Numbered from the stretch's first letter, positions 7,918 to 16,896 are shown. The stretch is DNA of 32,000 nt from Massilicoli timonensis (GCF_900199515.1 NZ_LT963434.1:1892180-1924179); one strand, 5' to 3'. Notes: generated by a model not told the origin, from the sequence alone. Numbers and translations are program-made.

Positions 7918-8084
7918 ATGCACGCAAAAGATATGGGACGTCAATGGTGCGTCAAGGGGCATAAAAGTGTTTGACCGTGGTGCAGGTGTCGAGAAAAGGC
8001 GTGTTTTTTTCTTCTCATAATAGGTAGTATTTTGTGTATAAGTATAGTATAATATGAGCGTTTAAGAAAATGGAGGATATTGAT

Positions 8085-9743
8085 ATGAGTTTGATTGAAA
8101 CTGAATTGAAACAAGGGATCAAGTCGGCTTTGAAACAAGTATATGACTTGGAAGTAGAAAACGACTTTGTCGTAATCGAAATCCCGAAAAATCCCGATAT
8201 GGGAGATTATTCTACAAATGTGGCAATGCGTTTGGCAAAGCAGCTGCATAACAGTCCGCGTGCGATTGCGGAAGGAATGTTGGAAGCGATCAAGGAAGCA
8301 AGTCCGTTTGTAGAAAGCGCCGAAGTAGCAGGTGCAGGTTTCATCAACTTCAGGATCAAGAAATCAAAAATTGCCGATGTAATCCATACCGTATTAAAAG
8401 AAGGGGAACATTTTGGGGAAAATGAAAGCGGGAAAGGTGTATCGATCCTCGTCGAATATGTATCTGCGAACCCGACCGGCGATCTGCATTTGGGTCATGC
8501 GCGCGGTGCGGCGTGGGGCGATTGCATTACGCGTCTGTTAAATAAATCGGGCTATAACTGCCTGCGCGAGTTCTATGTGAATGATGCGGGCGTGCAGATC
8601 ACCAAGCTGGGACAGTCCCTGCTGGCACGTTATTTACAGTTGTTCGGCATTGATGCCGCATTGCCGGAGGACGGTTACCACGGGCAGGATGTTGCGGATA
8701 TCGCCAAGATCGTAAAAGAACAGGAAGGCGATAAGTGGGTCAATGTTTCGGCCGATCAGGAAGAAGAACGCCTGCAGCATTTCCGCAAGGAAGGAATCCG
8801 TCTGGAATTGGACAAGATCAAGCGCGATCTGGATTACTTCCGCGTACATTTTGATTCTTGGATCTCTGAACAGAGTTTATATGACCGCGGTCTGGTAGAG
8901 GAAACTTTGAAAAAGATGGAAGACATGGGGCTGACTTACGAAAAGGATGGCGCTGTCTGGTTCAAGACGACCGAGTTTGGACGTGATGATAAAGACCGTG
9001 TACTGCGCAAGCAGGATGGTACTTACACTTATTTTGCACCGGATATTGCCAATCACATGGATAAGATCGCCCGCGGCTATCCGAAGATGGTAAATCTTTG
9101 GGGTGCGGATCACCATGGTTATATCGCCCGTATGAAAACAGCGATCCATGCGATGGGATATGGCTGGGATGATATGGAAGTAGATATCATCCAGATGGTG
9201 CGTTTGGTGGAAGACGGCAAAGAGGTAAAAATGTCGAAGCGTGCCGGCAATGCGATCACGATTCGCGAGCTGGTTGATGAAGTCGGTGCCGATGCGGCGC
9301 GTTACCTGTTCGTATCCAAAGCGGTAGATACGCATATGGATTTTGATATCGCCTTGGCAAAACGGAAGAGCAATGACAATCCGGTTTACTATGCACAATA
9401 TGCACATGCACGTATGTGCTCGATCCTGCGGCAGGCGCCTGCCTTAAAGGAAGTAAACGAATATACACGTTTGACAAGTGAAAAGGAAAAGGCGTTATTG
9501 AAGCTGATCGCCGAGTTCCCGGAAATGGTTGCCGATGCGGCGCTTACTCGTCAGCCGAATAAAGTATGCAACTATATTCAGAAGCTGGCACAGCACTTCC
9601 ATAGCTTCTACAATGCCTGCAAGGTGCTGGATGACAAGAATCCGGAGCTTTCCAATGAACGTCTGGCATTGTTGAATGCGACCAAGATCACGTTAGCCAA
9701 TGCGTTGGATCTGGTTGGTGTCAGCGCACCGGAAAGAATGTAA
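8085..9743 (+). CDS. argS: Arginine--tRNA ligase
   Basis: Class I aaRS with HIGH-type motif (PTGDLHLGHARG) and an MSKR-type KMSKS variant (VKMSKRAGN). Has the N-terminal Arg-tRNA-synthetase domain and a C-terminal DALR anticodon-binding region. GGAGG (8072-8076) sits 8 nt before ATG 8085; the ORF-track start at 8070 overlaps the SD. Confidence 0.92.
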   Translation: MSLIETELKQGIKSALKQVYDLEVENDFVVIEIPKNPDMGDYSTNVAMRLAKQLHNSPRAIAEGMLEAIKEASPFVESAEVAGAGFINFRIKKSKIADVIHTVLKEGEHFGENESGKGVSILVEYVSANPTGDLHLGHARGAAWGDCITRLLNKSGYNCLREFYVNDAGVQITKLGQSLLARYLQLFGIDAALPEDGYHGQDVADIAKIVKEQEGDKWVNVSADQEEERLQHFRKEGIRLELDKIKRDLDYFRVHFDSWISEQSLYDRGLVEETLKKMEDMGLTYEKDGAVWFKTTEFGRDDKDRVLRKQDGTYTYFAPDIANHMDKIARGYPKMVNLWGADHHGYIARMKTAIHAMGYGWDDMEVDIIQMVRLVEDGKEVKMSKRAGNAITIRELVDEVGADAARYLFVSKAVDTHMDFDIALAKRKSNDNPVYYAQYAHARMCSILRQAPALKEVNEYTRLTSEKEKALLKLIAEFPEMVADAALTRQPNKVCNYIQKLAQHFHSFYNACKVLDDKNPELSNERLALLNATKITLANALDLVGVSAPERM

Positions 9744-9753
9744 TAGAAAAGAG

Positions 9754-9780
9754 CAGTGAACGCGCGTTCACTGTTTTTTT
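9754..9780 (+). terminator. Rho-independent terminator after argS
   Basis: CAGTGAACG-cg-CGTTCACTG (9-bp stem) followed by T7. Confidence 0.85.
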
Positions 9781-9914
9781 GTACCGAAGCAAAGGATAGA
9801 AACGCGCATGCCGTATGTTTTGAAAAAAAGCAAAGGAAAACGCACGAACCGTTTTATATTCGCTGCATAAGGATAAAAGAAAGGATAGGAATACGGAGAA
9901 AACCGTCTTGTAAA

Positions 9915-9939
9915 TGTGATAAAAATATTTATTTTCACA
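9915..9939. promoter_or_regulatory. 25-bp imperfect palindrome TGTGATAAAAATATTTATTTTCACA (candidate operator)
   Basis: 9 of 12 symmetric positions pair, and the outer arms TGTGA/TCACA are perfect. It lies in the long gap upstream of arcA and overlaps a possible -35 region for a TGt-TAATAA extended -10 at about 9944-9952. Confidence 0.4.
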
Positions 9940-9976
9940 AGTGTGTTAATAATTGGAATTATGTATAAATAAGCGC

Positions 9977-10047
9977 GGTTCTGCCATGTTAGTAATGGTA
10001 TCCGTGCGGCTTGAAAGCAGTGTGATACCATTTGAACCGGCAGGATC
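9977..10047 (+). other. Nested two-tier hairpin (possible structured RNA element)
   Basis: Outer stem GGUUCUGCC (9977-9985) pairs with GGCAGGAUC (10039-10047): 9 bp including 2 G-U. Inner stem AAUGGUAUC (9994-10002) pairs with GAUACCAUU (10024-10032): 9 perfect bp. I recognise no family. Confidence 0.35.
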
Positions 10048-10308
10048 GTAAGAGGTGTTTATCTTGATGCGATTGTCATAATGAGGTGCAGAACGGCAAA
10101 TGAAAGCCTTTACATTGATGAAAATGCCGTATTTTTCAGTAAAAATAGGTTTTTTTAGGCGATTTGACGATGATTTTGGAGAATATACAATCTCAGACTA
10201 GGCGAAATGTCCTACAAGGGGATGAAGGAAAGTGTAAGATAAACGTGTAAAGGGAGTGAAACCCTTACAACATTCCGCGGTAGTTGTAGAATTTCATTTT
10301 TCAGTTTC

Positions 10309-10322
10309 TGTAAGCGATTACC
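10309..10322. promoter_or_regulatory. cre-like site (CcpA catabolite-responsive element) upstream of the arcA promoter
   Basis: TGTAAGCGATTACC fits the TGNAANCGNWNNC core of the cre consensus WTGNAANCGNWNNCW. It lies 19 nt upstream of the -35 hexamer. Confidence 0.5.
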
Positions 10323-10340
10323 ATTTGTGAAATAGTGGGA

Positions 10341-10369
10341 TTGACAAAGCAGAGCACAGTCATTATGGT
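10341..10369 (+). promoter_or_regulatory. Proximal promoter of the arc operon
   Basis: TTGACA (10341-10346), 17 nt spacer, TATGGT (10364-10369). A GAAGGAGAG SD precedes ATG 10404. Confidence 0.55.
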
Positions 10370-10403
10370 CTACATGAGTAGAAGAAGGAGAGATTAGTAC
10401 ATT

Positions 10404-11651
10404 ATGACAGCAATTCATGTAACAAGCGAAATCGGCAAGCTTAAAAAAGTGCTTTTGCACAGGCCTGGTAGAGAGTTATTGAACTTGACACCAGACACTC
10501 TGGAAAGATTATTATTCGATGATATTCCTTTCTTAAAAGTGGCACAGGAGGAGCATGATGCATTCGCCAAGATCCTGCGCGACAATGGTGTTGAAGTTGT
10601 TTATCTGGAAGATTTAATGGCTGAGACACTTGCTGCAAACCCGGGACTGCGTGAACAATTCTTAAAACAGTTCATCGACGAAGCCGGTATCAAGACTGAA
10701 AAATATAAAAAGATCGTATATGATTTCTTAAATTCATACGATGATAATAAAGAATTGATCTTAAAGACGATGGAAGGCATCAATGTAAACGAGCTGGATT
10801 CCAAGCTGCGCAACATTGAAAATTCACTGGTCGATCTGGTAAGCGATGAAAGCAACTTTATCGCTGATCCGATGCCGAACTTATACTTTACCCGCGATCC
10901 ATTCGGATCGATCGGCAACGGTGTTTCTTTGAACCGTATGTATTCAGTTACCCGTAATCGTGAAACGATCTATGCGGAATACATTTTCGATCATCATCCG
11001 GAATACAAAGGACAGGTAGACAAATACTTTGACCGTTATAATCCATTCCATATCGAAGGCGGCGATATCCTGAACCTGAACGATCATGTTCTGGCAATCG
11101 GTATTTCTCAGAGAACACAGGCAGACGCAATCGAAATGATCGCGAAAAATCTGTTCTCACATAAAGATGCGAAGATCGATACGATCTTGGCGTTCAACAT
11201 TCCTAACAGCCGTGCCTTCATGCACTTGGATACGGTATTCACACAGATCGATAAAGATAAGTTTACCGTGCATCCGGGTATCATGGGACCGCTTCAGGTG
11301 TTTGAGATCACTGCTGATCCAGACAACAGCAATGAAGTGCTGGTAAAAGAAATGAACGACAAGCTGGAAAATATCTTAGCTAGATATTTAGGCATTCCGA
11401 AGGTAGAACTGATCATGTGTGCCGGCGGCGACAAGATCGCGGCAGAACGCGAACAGTGGAATGACGGTTCTAATACATTATGTATCGCACCGGGCGTGAT
11501 CGTTGTTTACGAACGTAACGATGTGACCAATGCGCTGCTGAAAGAAAAAGGATTGACCGTATTGGAAATGCCGAGTGCCGAACTGTCAAGAGGACGCGGT
11601 GGTCCTAGATGTATGTCCATGCCGTTGGTGCGTGAAGAAGTAGAATGGTAA
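10404..11651 (+). CDS. arcA: Arginine deiminase
   Basis: 415 aa. N-terminus HVTSEIGKLKKVLLHRPGRELLNLTP, and the C-terminal catalytic Cys context GGPRCMSMPL. Confidence 0.95.
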   Translation: MTAIHVTSEIGKLKKVLLHRPGRELLNLTPDTLERLLFDDIPFLKVAQEEHDAFAKILRDNGVEVVYLEDLMAETLAANPGLREQFLKQFIDEAGIKTEKYKKIVYDFLNSYDDNKELILKTMEGINVNELDSKLRNIENSLVDLVSDESNFIADPMPNLYFTRDPFGSIGNGVSLNRMYSVTRNRETIYAEYIFDHHPEYKGQVDKYFDRYNPFHIEGGDILNLNDHVLAIGISQRTQADAIEMIAKNLFSHKDAKIDTILAFNIPNSRAFMHLDTVFTQIDKDKFTVHPGIMGPLQVFEITADPDNSNEVLVKEMNDKLENILARYLGIPKVELIMCAGGDKIAAEREQWNDGSNTLCIAPGVIVVYERNDVTNALLKEKGLTVLEMPSAELSRGRGGPRCMSMPLVREEVEW

Positions 11652-11707
11652 GAGCGACTTACCGATAAGCGACGAAAGTAAGAATTAAGAAAAGGAGATT
11701 AAGAAAA

Positions 11708-12700
11708 ATGCCAGTTAATTTACGTGGAAGAAACTTTTTGAAATTATTAGACTATTCAACAGAAGAAATTTTGTATCTGATCGAGCTTTCTAAAGAAATG
11801 AAACGCTTGAAACTGACGCGTACACCGCACAAATATTTAGAAGGAAAAAATATCGTGCTGCTGTTTGAAAAAACATCTACGCGTACCCGCTGCTCTTTTG
11901 AAGTAGCCGGCTATGAATTAGGTATGGGCGTTACCTACCTGGATCCGGGTTCTTCACAGATGGGCAAAAAAGAATCGATCGAAGATACAGCGAAAGTATT
12001 AGGACGTTTCTATGATGGTATCGAATACCGCGGTTTCTCTCAGGAAATGGTAGAGACATTAGCGGAAAATGCAGGTGTTCCGGTATGGAACGGTTTGACT
12101 GACATGTTCCACCCAACCCAGATGATCGCCGATATGATGACGATCGAAGAAAACTTCGGCAGATTAAAAGGTCTGAACTTCACCTTCTTCGGAGATGCGC
12201 GCAACAATGTCGGCAACTCTTTGATGGTAGTATGTGCAAAACTGGGTATTAACTTTACCGCATGTGGACCAAAAGAACAGATGCCTGCTGAAGAATTAGT
12301 AGAAACCTGCAAAAAGATCGCAGCGGAAAACGGTTCGACGATCACATTGACCGATGATGTAAAAGTCGGTGCAACCGGTGCACATGCGATCTATACGGAT
12401 ATTTGGGTATCCATGGGTGAACCGGATTCTGTTTGGGAAGAACGTATCAAACTGTTAAGTCCATATCAGGTAAACAAAGAAGTAATGGCTATGGCAGCGC
12501 CGGATGCGATCTTCATGCACTGCTTGCCTTCTTTCCATGACCTGCATACAACAGTGGGACAGGATATCCATGAAAAATTCGGTCTGCCGGAAATGGAAGT
12601 TACCGATGAAGTATTCTTATCTCGCCAGTCAAAAGTATTTGACGAAGCAGAAAACCGTATGCATTCAATCAAAGCGATCATGTATGCGACTTTGATGTAA
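11708..12700 (+). CDS. arcB: Ornithine carbamoyltransferase (catabolic, by context)
   Basis: Motifs [20 protein letters not shown] (DxxxSMG ornithine site) and HCLP. Located between arcA and arcC. Confidence 0.93.
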   Translation: MPVNLRGRNFLKLLDYSTEEILYLIELSKEMKRLKLTRTPHKYLEGKNIVLLFEKTSTRTRCSFEVAGYELGMGVTYLDPGSSQMGKKESIEDTAKVLGRFYDGIEYRGFSQEMVETLAENAGVPVWNGLTDMFHPTQMIADMMTIEENFGRLKGLNFTFFGDARNNVGNSLMVVCAKLGINFTACGPKEQMPAEELVETCKKIAAENGSTITLTDDVKVGATGAHAIYTDIWVSMGEPDSVWEERIKLLSPYQVNKEVMAMAAPDAIFMHCLPSFHDLHTTVGQDIHEKFGLPEMEVTDEVFLSRQSKVFDEAENRMHSIKAIMYATLM

Positions 12701-12714
12701 TCAGGTGATCGAGC

Positions 12715-13650
12715 ATGGGAAAAAAGTTAGTCATCGCACTTGGCGGGAACGCTTTAGGAAATACGCCTGAAGAACAGCTGGAATTAGTGAAAGACACAGC
12801 GAAAGCGATCGTTGATCTGGTAAAAGAGGGCAACGATGTGATCATCGGACATGGAAACGGTCCGCAGGTCGGCATGATTAACTTGGCTATGGATTATGCG
12901 GCAAACGGAGGAGCAGGGACTCCTTCGATGCCGTTCCCTGAATGCGGGGCAATGAGCCAAGGCTATATCGGTTATCACTTACAGCAGGCGATTCAGGAAG
13001 AACTGCGTAGAAACAAGATTCAAAAAGGCTGTGCCGCAATCGTTACCCAAGTCGTGGTAGACGCTGCGGATGAAGCATTTAAGAACCCTACAAAACCGGT
13101 AGGAATGTTCTATGACAAAGAAACCGCTGATCAGTTGGCGGCAGAAAAAGGCTTTACGATGAAAGAAGATGCCGGACGTGGTTATCGCCGTGTGGTACCT
13201 AGTCCGAAACCGGTACGCATCGTAGAACTGGATATGGTGAATCAGCTGGTAGAAGCAGGCAATATCGTGATTACGGTCGGCGGCGGCGGTATTCCGGTCG
13301 TGGAAAGCGCAGACGGCTTAAAAGGTGTTGCTTCCGTCATTGATAAAGACCGTTCCAGCGCCAAATTGGCAATGGATATGAAAGCGGATATGCTGGTGAT
13401 CTTAACGGCAGTAGACCGCGTCTGCATCAATTTCAATAAACCAAACCAGCAGGAACTGGCAGAAATCAATGTTGCACAGGCAAAACAATATATCGACGAA
13501 GGTCATTTTGCACCTGGCAGCATGTTGCCGAAAGTAGAAGCATGTCTGGATTTTGTGGAAAATAATCCGGACGGCGTGGCGCTGATTACTTCGCTGCAAA
13601 GAGCGAAGGATGCGCTGCATGGGGAAACAGGTACTATCATCAGAAAATAG
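12715..13650 (+). CDS. arcC: Carbamate kinase
   Basis: 311 aa. N-terminus KLVIALGGNALG, then HGNGPQVG and the ..VITVGGGGIPV motif of the amino-acid kinase fold. Confidence 0.93.
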   Translation: MGKKLVIALGGNALGNTPEEQLELVKDTAKAIVDLVKEGNDVIIGHGNGPQVGMINLAMDYAANGGAGTPSMPFPECGAMSQGYIGYHLQQAIQEELRRNKIQKGCAAIVTQVVVDAADEAFKNPTKPVGMFYDKETADQLAAEKGFTMKEDAGRGYRRVVPSPKPVRIVELDMVNQLVEAGNIVITVGGGGIPVVESADGLKGVASVIDKDRSSAKLAMDMKADMLVILTAVDRVCINFNKPNQQELAEINVAQAKQYIDEGHFAPGSMLPKVEACLDFVENNPDGVALITSLQRAKDALHGETGTIIRK

Positions 13651-13706
13651 TATCACGATCAATTTATCCAAAATTCAATCAAATATAAAGAAAGAGAGGA
13701 CGGATT

Positions 13707-15119
13707 ATGGAAAAGAGAAAAGGGTTTAAGATGCCTTCCGCCTTCACCGTGTTATTTTTGATCATCATCATATTATGGATCGTAACACAGTTTATCGGCG
13801 GCAGCGTAACACCTGCGAAGCTGCATCAATTATTCATGGCCGCTCCGAAAGGAATGGTAGATGCGATTGATGTATCCTTCTTCGTTATGGTTCTGGGTGG
13901 TTTCCTTGGCGTTGTTACGAAGACCGGTGCTCTTGATGCCGGTATCGCCAGGTTGGTAGCCAGAATGAAAGGCAAAGAAATCATGATGATTCCGGTGCTG
14001 ATGTTTGTATTCTCATTAGGCGGAACTTCATACGGTATGGCGGAAGAAACGATCGGTTTCTATCCGATGATCGTTGCGACGATGATGGCCGCAGGTTTCG
14101 ATGCTTTGACCGGATGCTCCGTTATTTTGATCGGTGCAGCACTTGGATGTCTGGGTTCTACGGTCAATCCGTTTGCGGTCGGTGCCGGCGTTGATGCCGT
14201 TACCAGTGCAATGGGTGAGGGATTTGTGGCAAATCAGGCTGTCCTGATCGGACTCGGCTTGATCTTGTGGCTGACTGCTTATGTTGTATGTACTTGGTAT
14301 GTTATGCGTTATGCAAAGAAAGTGCAGGCGAATAAAGCAGCGACATTGTTAAGCGCAGAAGAAGTTGCCGATTCGGAAAAAGAATACGGAAAAGGCGACA
14401 ATGAAGAAGTGCTGGAATTTACCGGCAAACGAAAAGCAGTCATGGTCATCTTTGCATTTGCGTTTGTTGTGATGATCCTCGGTATGATTCCTTGGGGTTC
14501 ATTCGGCATTACGATCTTCGATAGCTGGACCGGTTGGCTGACTGGTTTACCGTTAGGTCAATGGTACTTCCAGGATTTACAGCTATGGTTCTTCTTAATG
14601 GCAATCATTGTCGGTCTGGTATATGGACTGAAAGAAAAAGAAATCGTTGATTCTTTCATTTCCGGTGTTGCGGACATGGTATCTGTTGCATTGGTCGTAG
14701 GCGTTGCGCGCGGTATCTCTATCTTGATGGCAGAAACCGGCTTGCAGGACTATATCCTGACTGCGGCTGCGAACGCATTACAAGGCGTTAACTCTGGATT
14801 ATTTGCAAGTATGTCATACATTGTATATTTAGGATTGTCCTTCTTAATTCCTTCTACTTCAGGACTTGCATCCGGTTCCCTTCCGGTATTTGGACCGCTG
14901 GCCGCAAAACTCAGCCTGAGTCCGGAAGTCATGATCATGATTTTCGTAGCTGCCTGTGGTTTGGTAAACTTTATTACACCGACTTCCGGTGTCGTAATGG
15001 GTGGTCTTCAGACATCCCGTGTGGAATGGACGACTTGGATCAAGTTTACGGCTAAGCTGCTCTTAATGTTGCTTGTCATCGATATCATTATCCTATCTGT
15101 TGCAATGATGATGCTGTAA
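13707..15119 (+). CDS. arcD: Putative arginine/ornithine antiporter of the YfcC/ArcD (DcuC-related) family
   Basis: 470 aa polytopic membrane protein. N-terminus KGFKMPSAFTVLFLIIII is typical of YfcC-like carriers. Its position directly after arcC matches streptococcal-type arcD. Substrate is inferred from context only. Confidence 0.75.
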   Translation: MEKRKGFKMPSAFTVLFLIIIILWIVTQFIGGSVTPAKLHQLFMAAPKGMVDAIDVSFFVMVLGGFLGVVTKTGALDAGIARLVARMKGKEIMMIPVLMFVFSLGGTSYGMAEETIGFYPMIVATMMAAGFDALTGCSVILIGAALGCLGSTVNPFAVGAGVDAVTSAMGEGFVANQAVLIGLGLILWLTAYVVCTWYVMRYAKKVQANKAATLLSAEEVADSEKEYGKGDNEEVLEFTGKRKAVMVIFAFAFVVMILGMIPWGSFGITIFDSWTGWLTGLPLGQWYFQDLQLWFFLMAIIVGLVYGLKEKEIVDSFISGVADMVSVALVVGVARGISILMAETGLQDYILTAAANALQGVNSGLFASMSYIVYLGLSFLIPSTSGLASGSLPVFGPLAAKLSLSPEVMIMIFVAACGLVNFITPTSGVVMGGLQTSRVEWTTWIKFTAKLLLMLLVIDIIILSVAMMML

Positions 15120-15135
15120 AATAATCATAGTATAT

Positions 15136-15162
15136 AAAAAACCGGAACTTTCCGGTTTTTTT
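15136..15162 (+). terminator. Rho-independent terminator after arcD
   Basis: AAAAACCGGA-actt-TCCGGTTTTT with a T-run. Confidence 0.85.
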
Positions 15163-15195
15163 ATGTTATAATGAAAAAAGATAGAGGTAGCAGTT

Positions 15196-16443
15196 ATGTC
15201 AAAACTAATTGAAATTCAAAATCAGTTCTGTTCTAATTATGACCGCAAAAAATTCTGCGGTTTTGATATGGAAGTAACAGAAGCGCCTACAAAGCCGCTG
15301 ATCCATCAGACTGCCCGCTTTTTGTTTTTCATGAAAGGGCATGGGAGGCTCATCGTAGATGATATCGAATATGAAATCAAACCTTATACACTGGTAGCCA
15401 TCATGCCATGGGAGATCACGAAGATTTCCGCAGTCGAGGAACCGCTTCAAAACTATCGGATCGTGTATAATTCGGAGGTTACGAATAACATTATCAAAAC
15501 GCTGTATAATACGGATAATGAGATTCTGGATATCATTGATTCGATCACGAAGCATCCGGTCGTCTACTGCAACAGTGATGAAGCCAATCAGATTCGCTAT
15601 ATCTTGCGTGATATTCGAAGTGAAGTAGGCATGGAATCGTTTATGGAAGAAACCAACGAGGAAGAAATGGGCAACATTTTTGTCATCAGCAAAGTGATCG
15701 AGCTGATCGTAATTTTCAAAAGAGTAATGAATAAGAGTCAAATGGAAGGCAGACGTCTGGAGAAAAGTGATGATAAAAATCAGATGTTGAAATACATTTA
15801 TTCTCATGCCAGTGAGAAGCTGACACTGAATCGAATGTCCGATCTGTTTTATATGAGTGAATCTGCCATCAGCAAGTATATTCAGGATACGACAGGTTTG
15901 ACCTTTAATGATCTATTGAACGAGATCCGAATTGAGAAAGCCATTACCTTTTTGATGTATACAGATCTAACGCTCAATGAAATTGCGGCGATCACCGGCT
16001 ATGTCGATGCTTCACACATCTCAAAGGTGTTTGCTTCTCGGATAGGAACGACGCCGAATGAATATCGTAAGATCTATCGCAAGATGAATCGCATCGTCAA
16101 AGAAAAGGAAAGGCAGCTGTCCTATGAAATCATTACTTATATTCATAACAATTTTGATCAGGAAGATATGAATGTGGCTTCGGTAGCCAGCCGTTTTCAG
16201 CTCAGTATTGTGGAATTAAACCGCATTTTGATCACGCAGGTCGAAAAGAATTTTGATGACTTGATCAATGTGCTGCGCATCAATAAGGCATGTGAACTGC
16301 TGCTTTCTACGGATGAAGCGATTGCCGATATCGCGATTGAAATCGGCTACAATAATACGAAAACCTTTTCCCGCAACTTTATGAAGATCAAGAATATGAC
16401 GCCGGGCGTATTTCGCAAATCTATCGCATTGCAGGAAAAATAA
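15196..16443 (+). CDS. AraC/XylS-family regulator with a cupin-like N-domain and two tandem AraC DNA-binding domains
   Basis: 415 aa. First DNA-binding domain about residues 195-293 (LTLNRMSDLFYMSESAISKYI ... LTLNEIAAITGYVDASHISKVFASRIGTTPNEYRK). Second about residues 310-410 (MNVASVASRFQLSIVELNRIL ... IADIAIEIGYNNTKTFSRNFMKIKNMTPGVFRK). Has its own TGtTATAAT -10 at 15164-15172. Confidence 0.85.
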   Translation: MSKLIEIQNQFCSNYDRKKFCGFDMEVTEAPTKPLIHQTARFLFFMKGHGRLIVDDIEYEIKPYTLVAIMPWEITKISAVEEPLQNYRIVYNSEVTNNIIKTLYNTDNEILDIIDSITKHPVVYCNSDEANQIRYILRDIRSEVGMESFMEETNEEEMGNIFVISKVIELIVIFKRVMNKSQMEGRRLEKSDDKNQMLKYIYSHASEKLTLNRMSDLFYMSESAISKYIQDTTGLTFNDLLNEIRIEKAITFLMYTDLTLNEIAAITGYVDASHISKVFASRIGTTPNEYRKIYRKMNRIVKEKERQLSYEIITYIHNNFDQEDMNVASVASRFQLSIVELNRILITQVEKNFDDLINVLRINKACELLLSTDEAIADIAIEIGYNNTKTFSRNFMKIKNMTPGVFRKSIALQEK

Positions 16444-16457
16444 GGAGTGGAGCTGTC

Positions 16458-16847
16458 ATGTTTCGTAATTTTATGAGAGGGCGCTACGGAATCGACCAAT
16501 TAACGATCGCGCTTCTGGTAATGGTATTGATCGTAAATATCGGAATGCTGTTTTTGGCGGACAGTATCTTGCTTCGCATCATGATGATCCTGCTGCTGGT
16601 TATTTGTTATATGCGGGTATTTTCTAAAAATATCTTTCGGCGATCACAAGAGAATGCGCGTTTTTTGCGCTGTTATGATCTTTGGAAAGAGCGAATATCG
16701 CTGAAACGGCGCCGTTTGCGGGAACACCAAACCTATCGCTTCTTCCGCTGCCCTGCCTGTGGTCAGAAACTGCGGGTACCGAGGCGAAAAGGAAAGATTA
16801 CCATTACTTGTGCCAAATGCGGACATCGCTTCGATGGAAAAACGTAA
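16458..16847 (+). CDS. Membrane-anchored zinc-ribbon protein
   Basis: 129 aa with two N-terminal TM helices. C-terminal CPACGQKLRVPRRKGKITITCAKCGHRF (CxxC..CxxC). AGGAG SD. Starts 15 nt after the AraC stop. Confidence 0.7.
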   Translation: MFRNFMRGRYGIDQLTIALLVMVLIVNIGMLFLADSILLRIMMILLLVICYMRVFSKNIFRRSQENARFLRCYDLWKERISLKRRRLREHQTYRFFRCPACGQKLRVPRRKGKITITCAKCGHRFDGKT

Positions 16848-16896
16848 AAGAACTGCAACGATATCGAAAACAACGATAGAAATTGCAGTTCTTTTT
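16846..16896. terminator. Bidirectional terminator between convergent genes (zinc-ribbon gene and htrA)
   Basis: AAAAGAACTGCAA (16846-16858) pairs with TTGCAGTTCTTTT (16883-16895). An A-run lies on one side and a T-run on the other. Confidence 0.75.

Noticed and set aside
7918-8084. Possible T-box leader upstream of argS, which is common for aaRS genes in Bacillota.
   Set aside because: There is no T-box 14-mer, no stem I AG-bay/specifier architecture and no terminator/antiterminator pair. The region is also too short (about 165 nt).
15205-15807. 200-aa antisense ORF inside the AraC gene. Similar long antisense ORFs occur at 8877..9407 (argS), 6052..6519 (ydcC-like), 29559..30011 (MFS) and 4692..5132.
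   Set aside because: They lie fully inside well-supported genes on the opposite strand. They have no SD, and their His/Arg/Phe/Ile-rich composition is typical of antisense frames.
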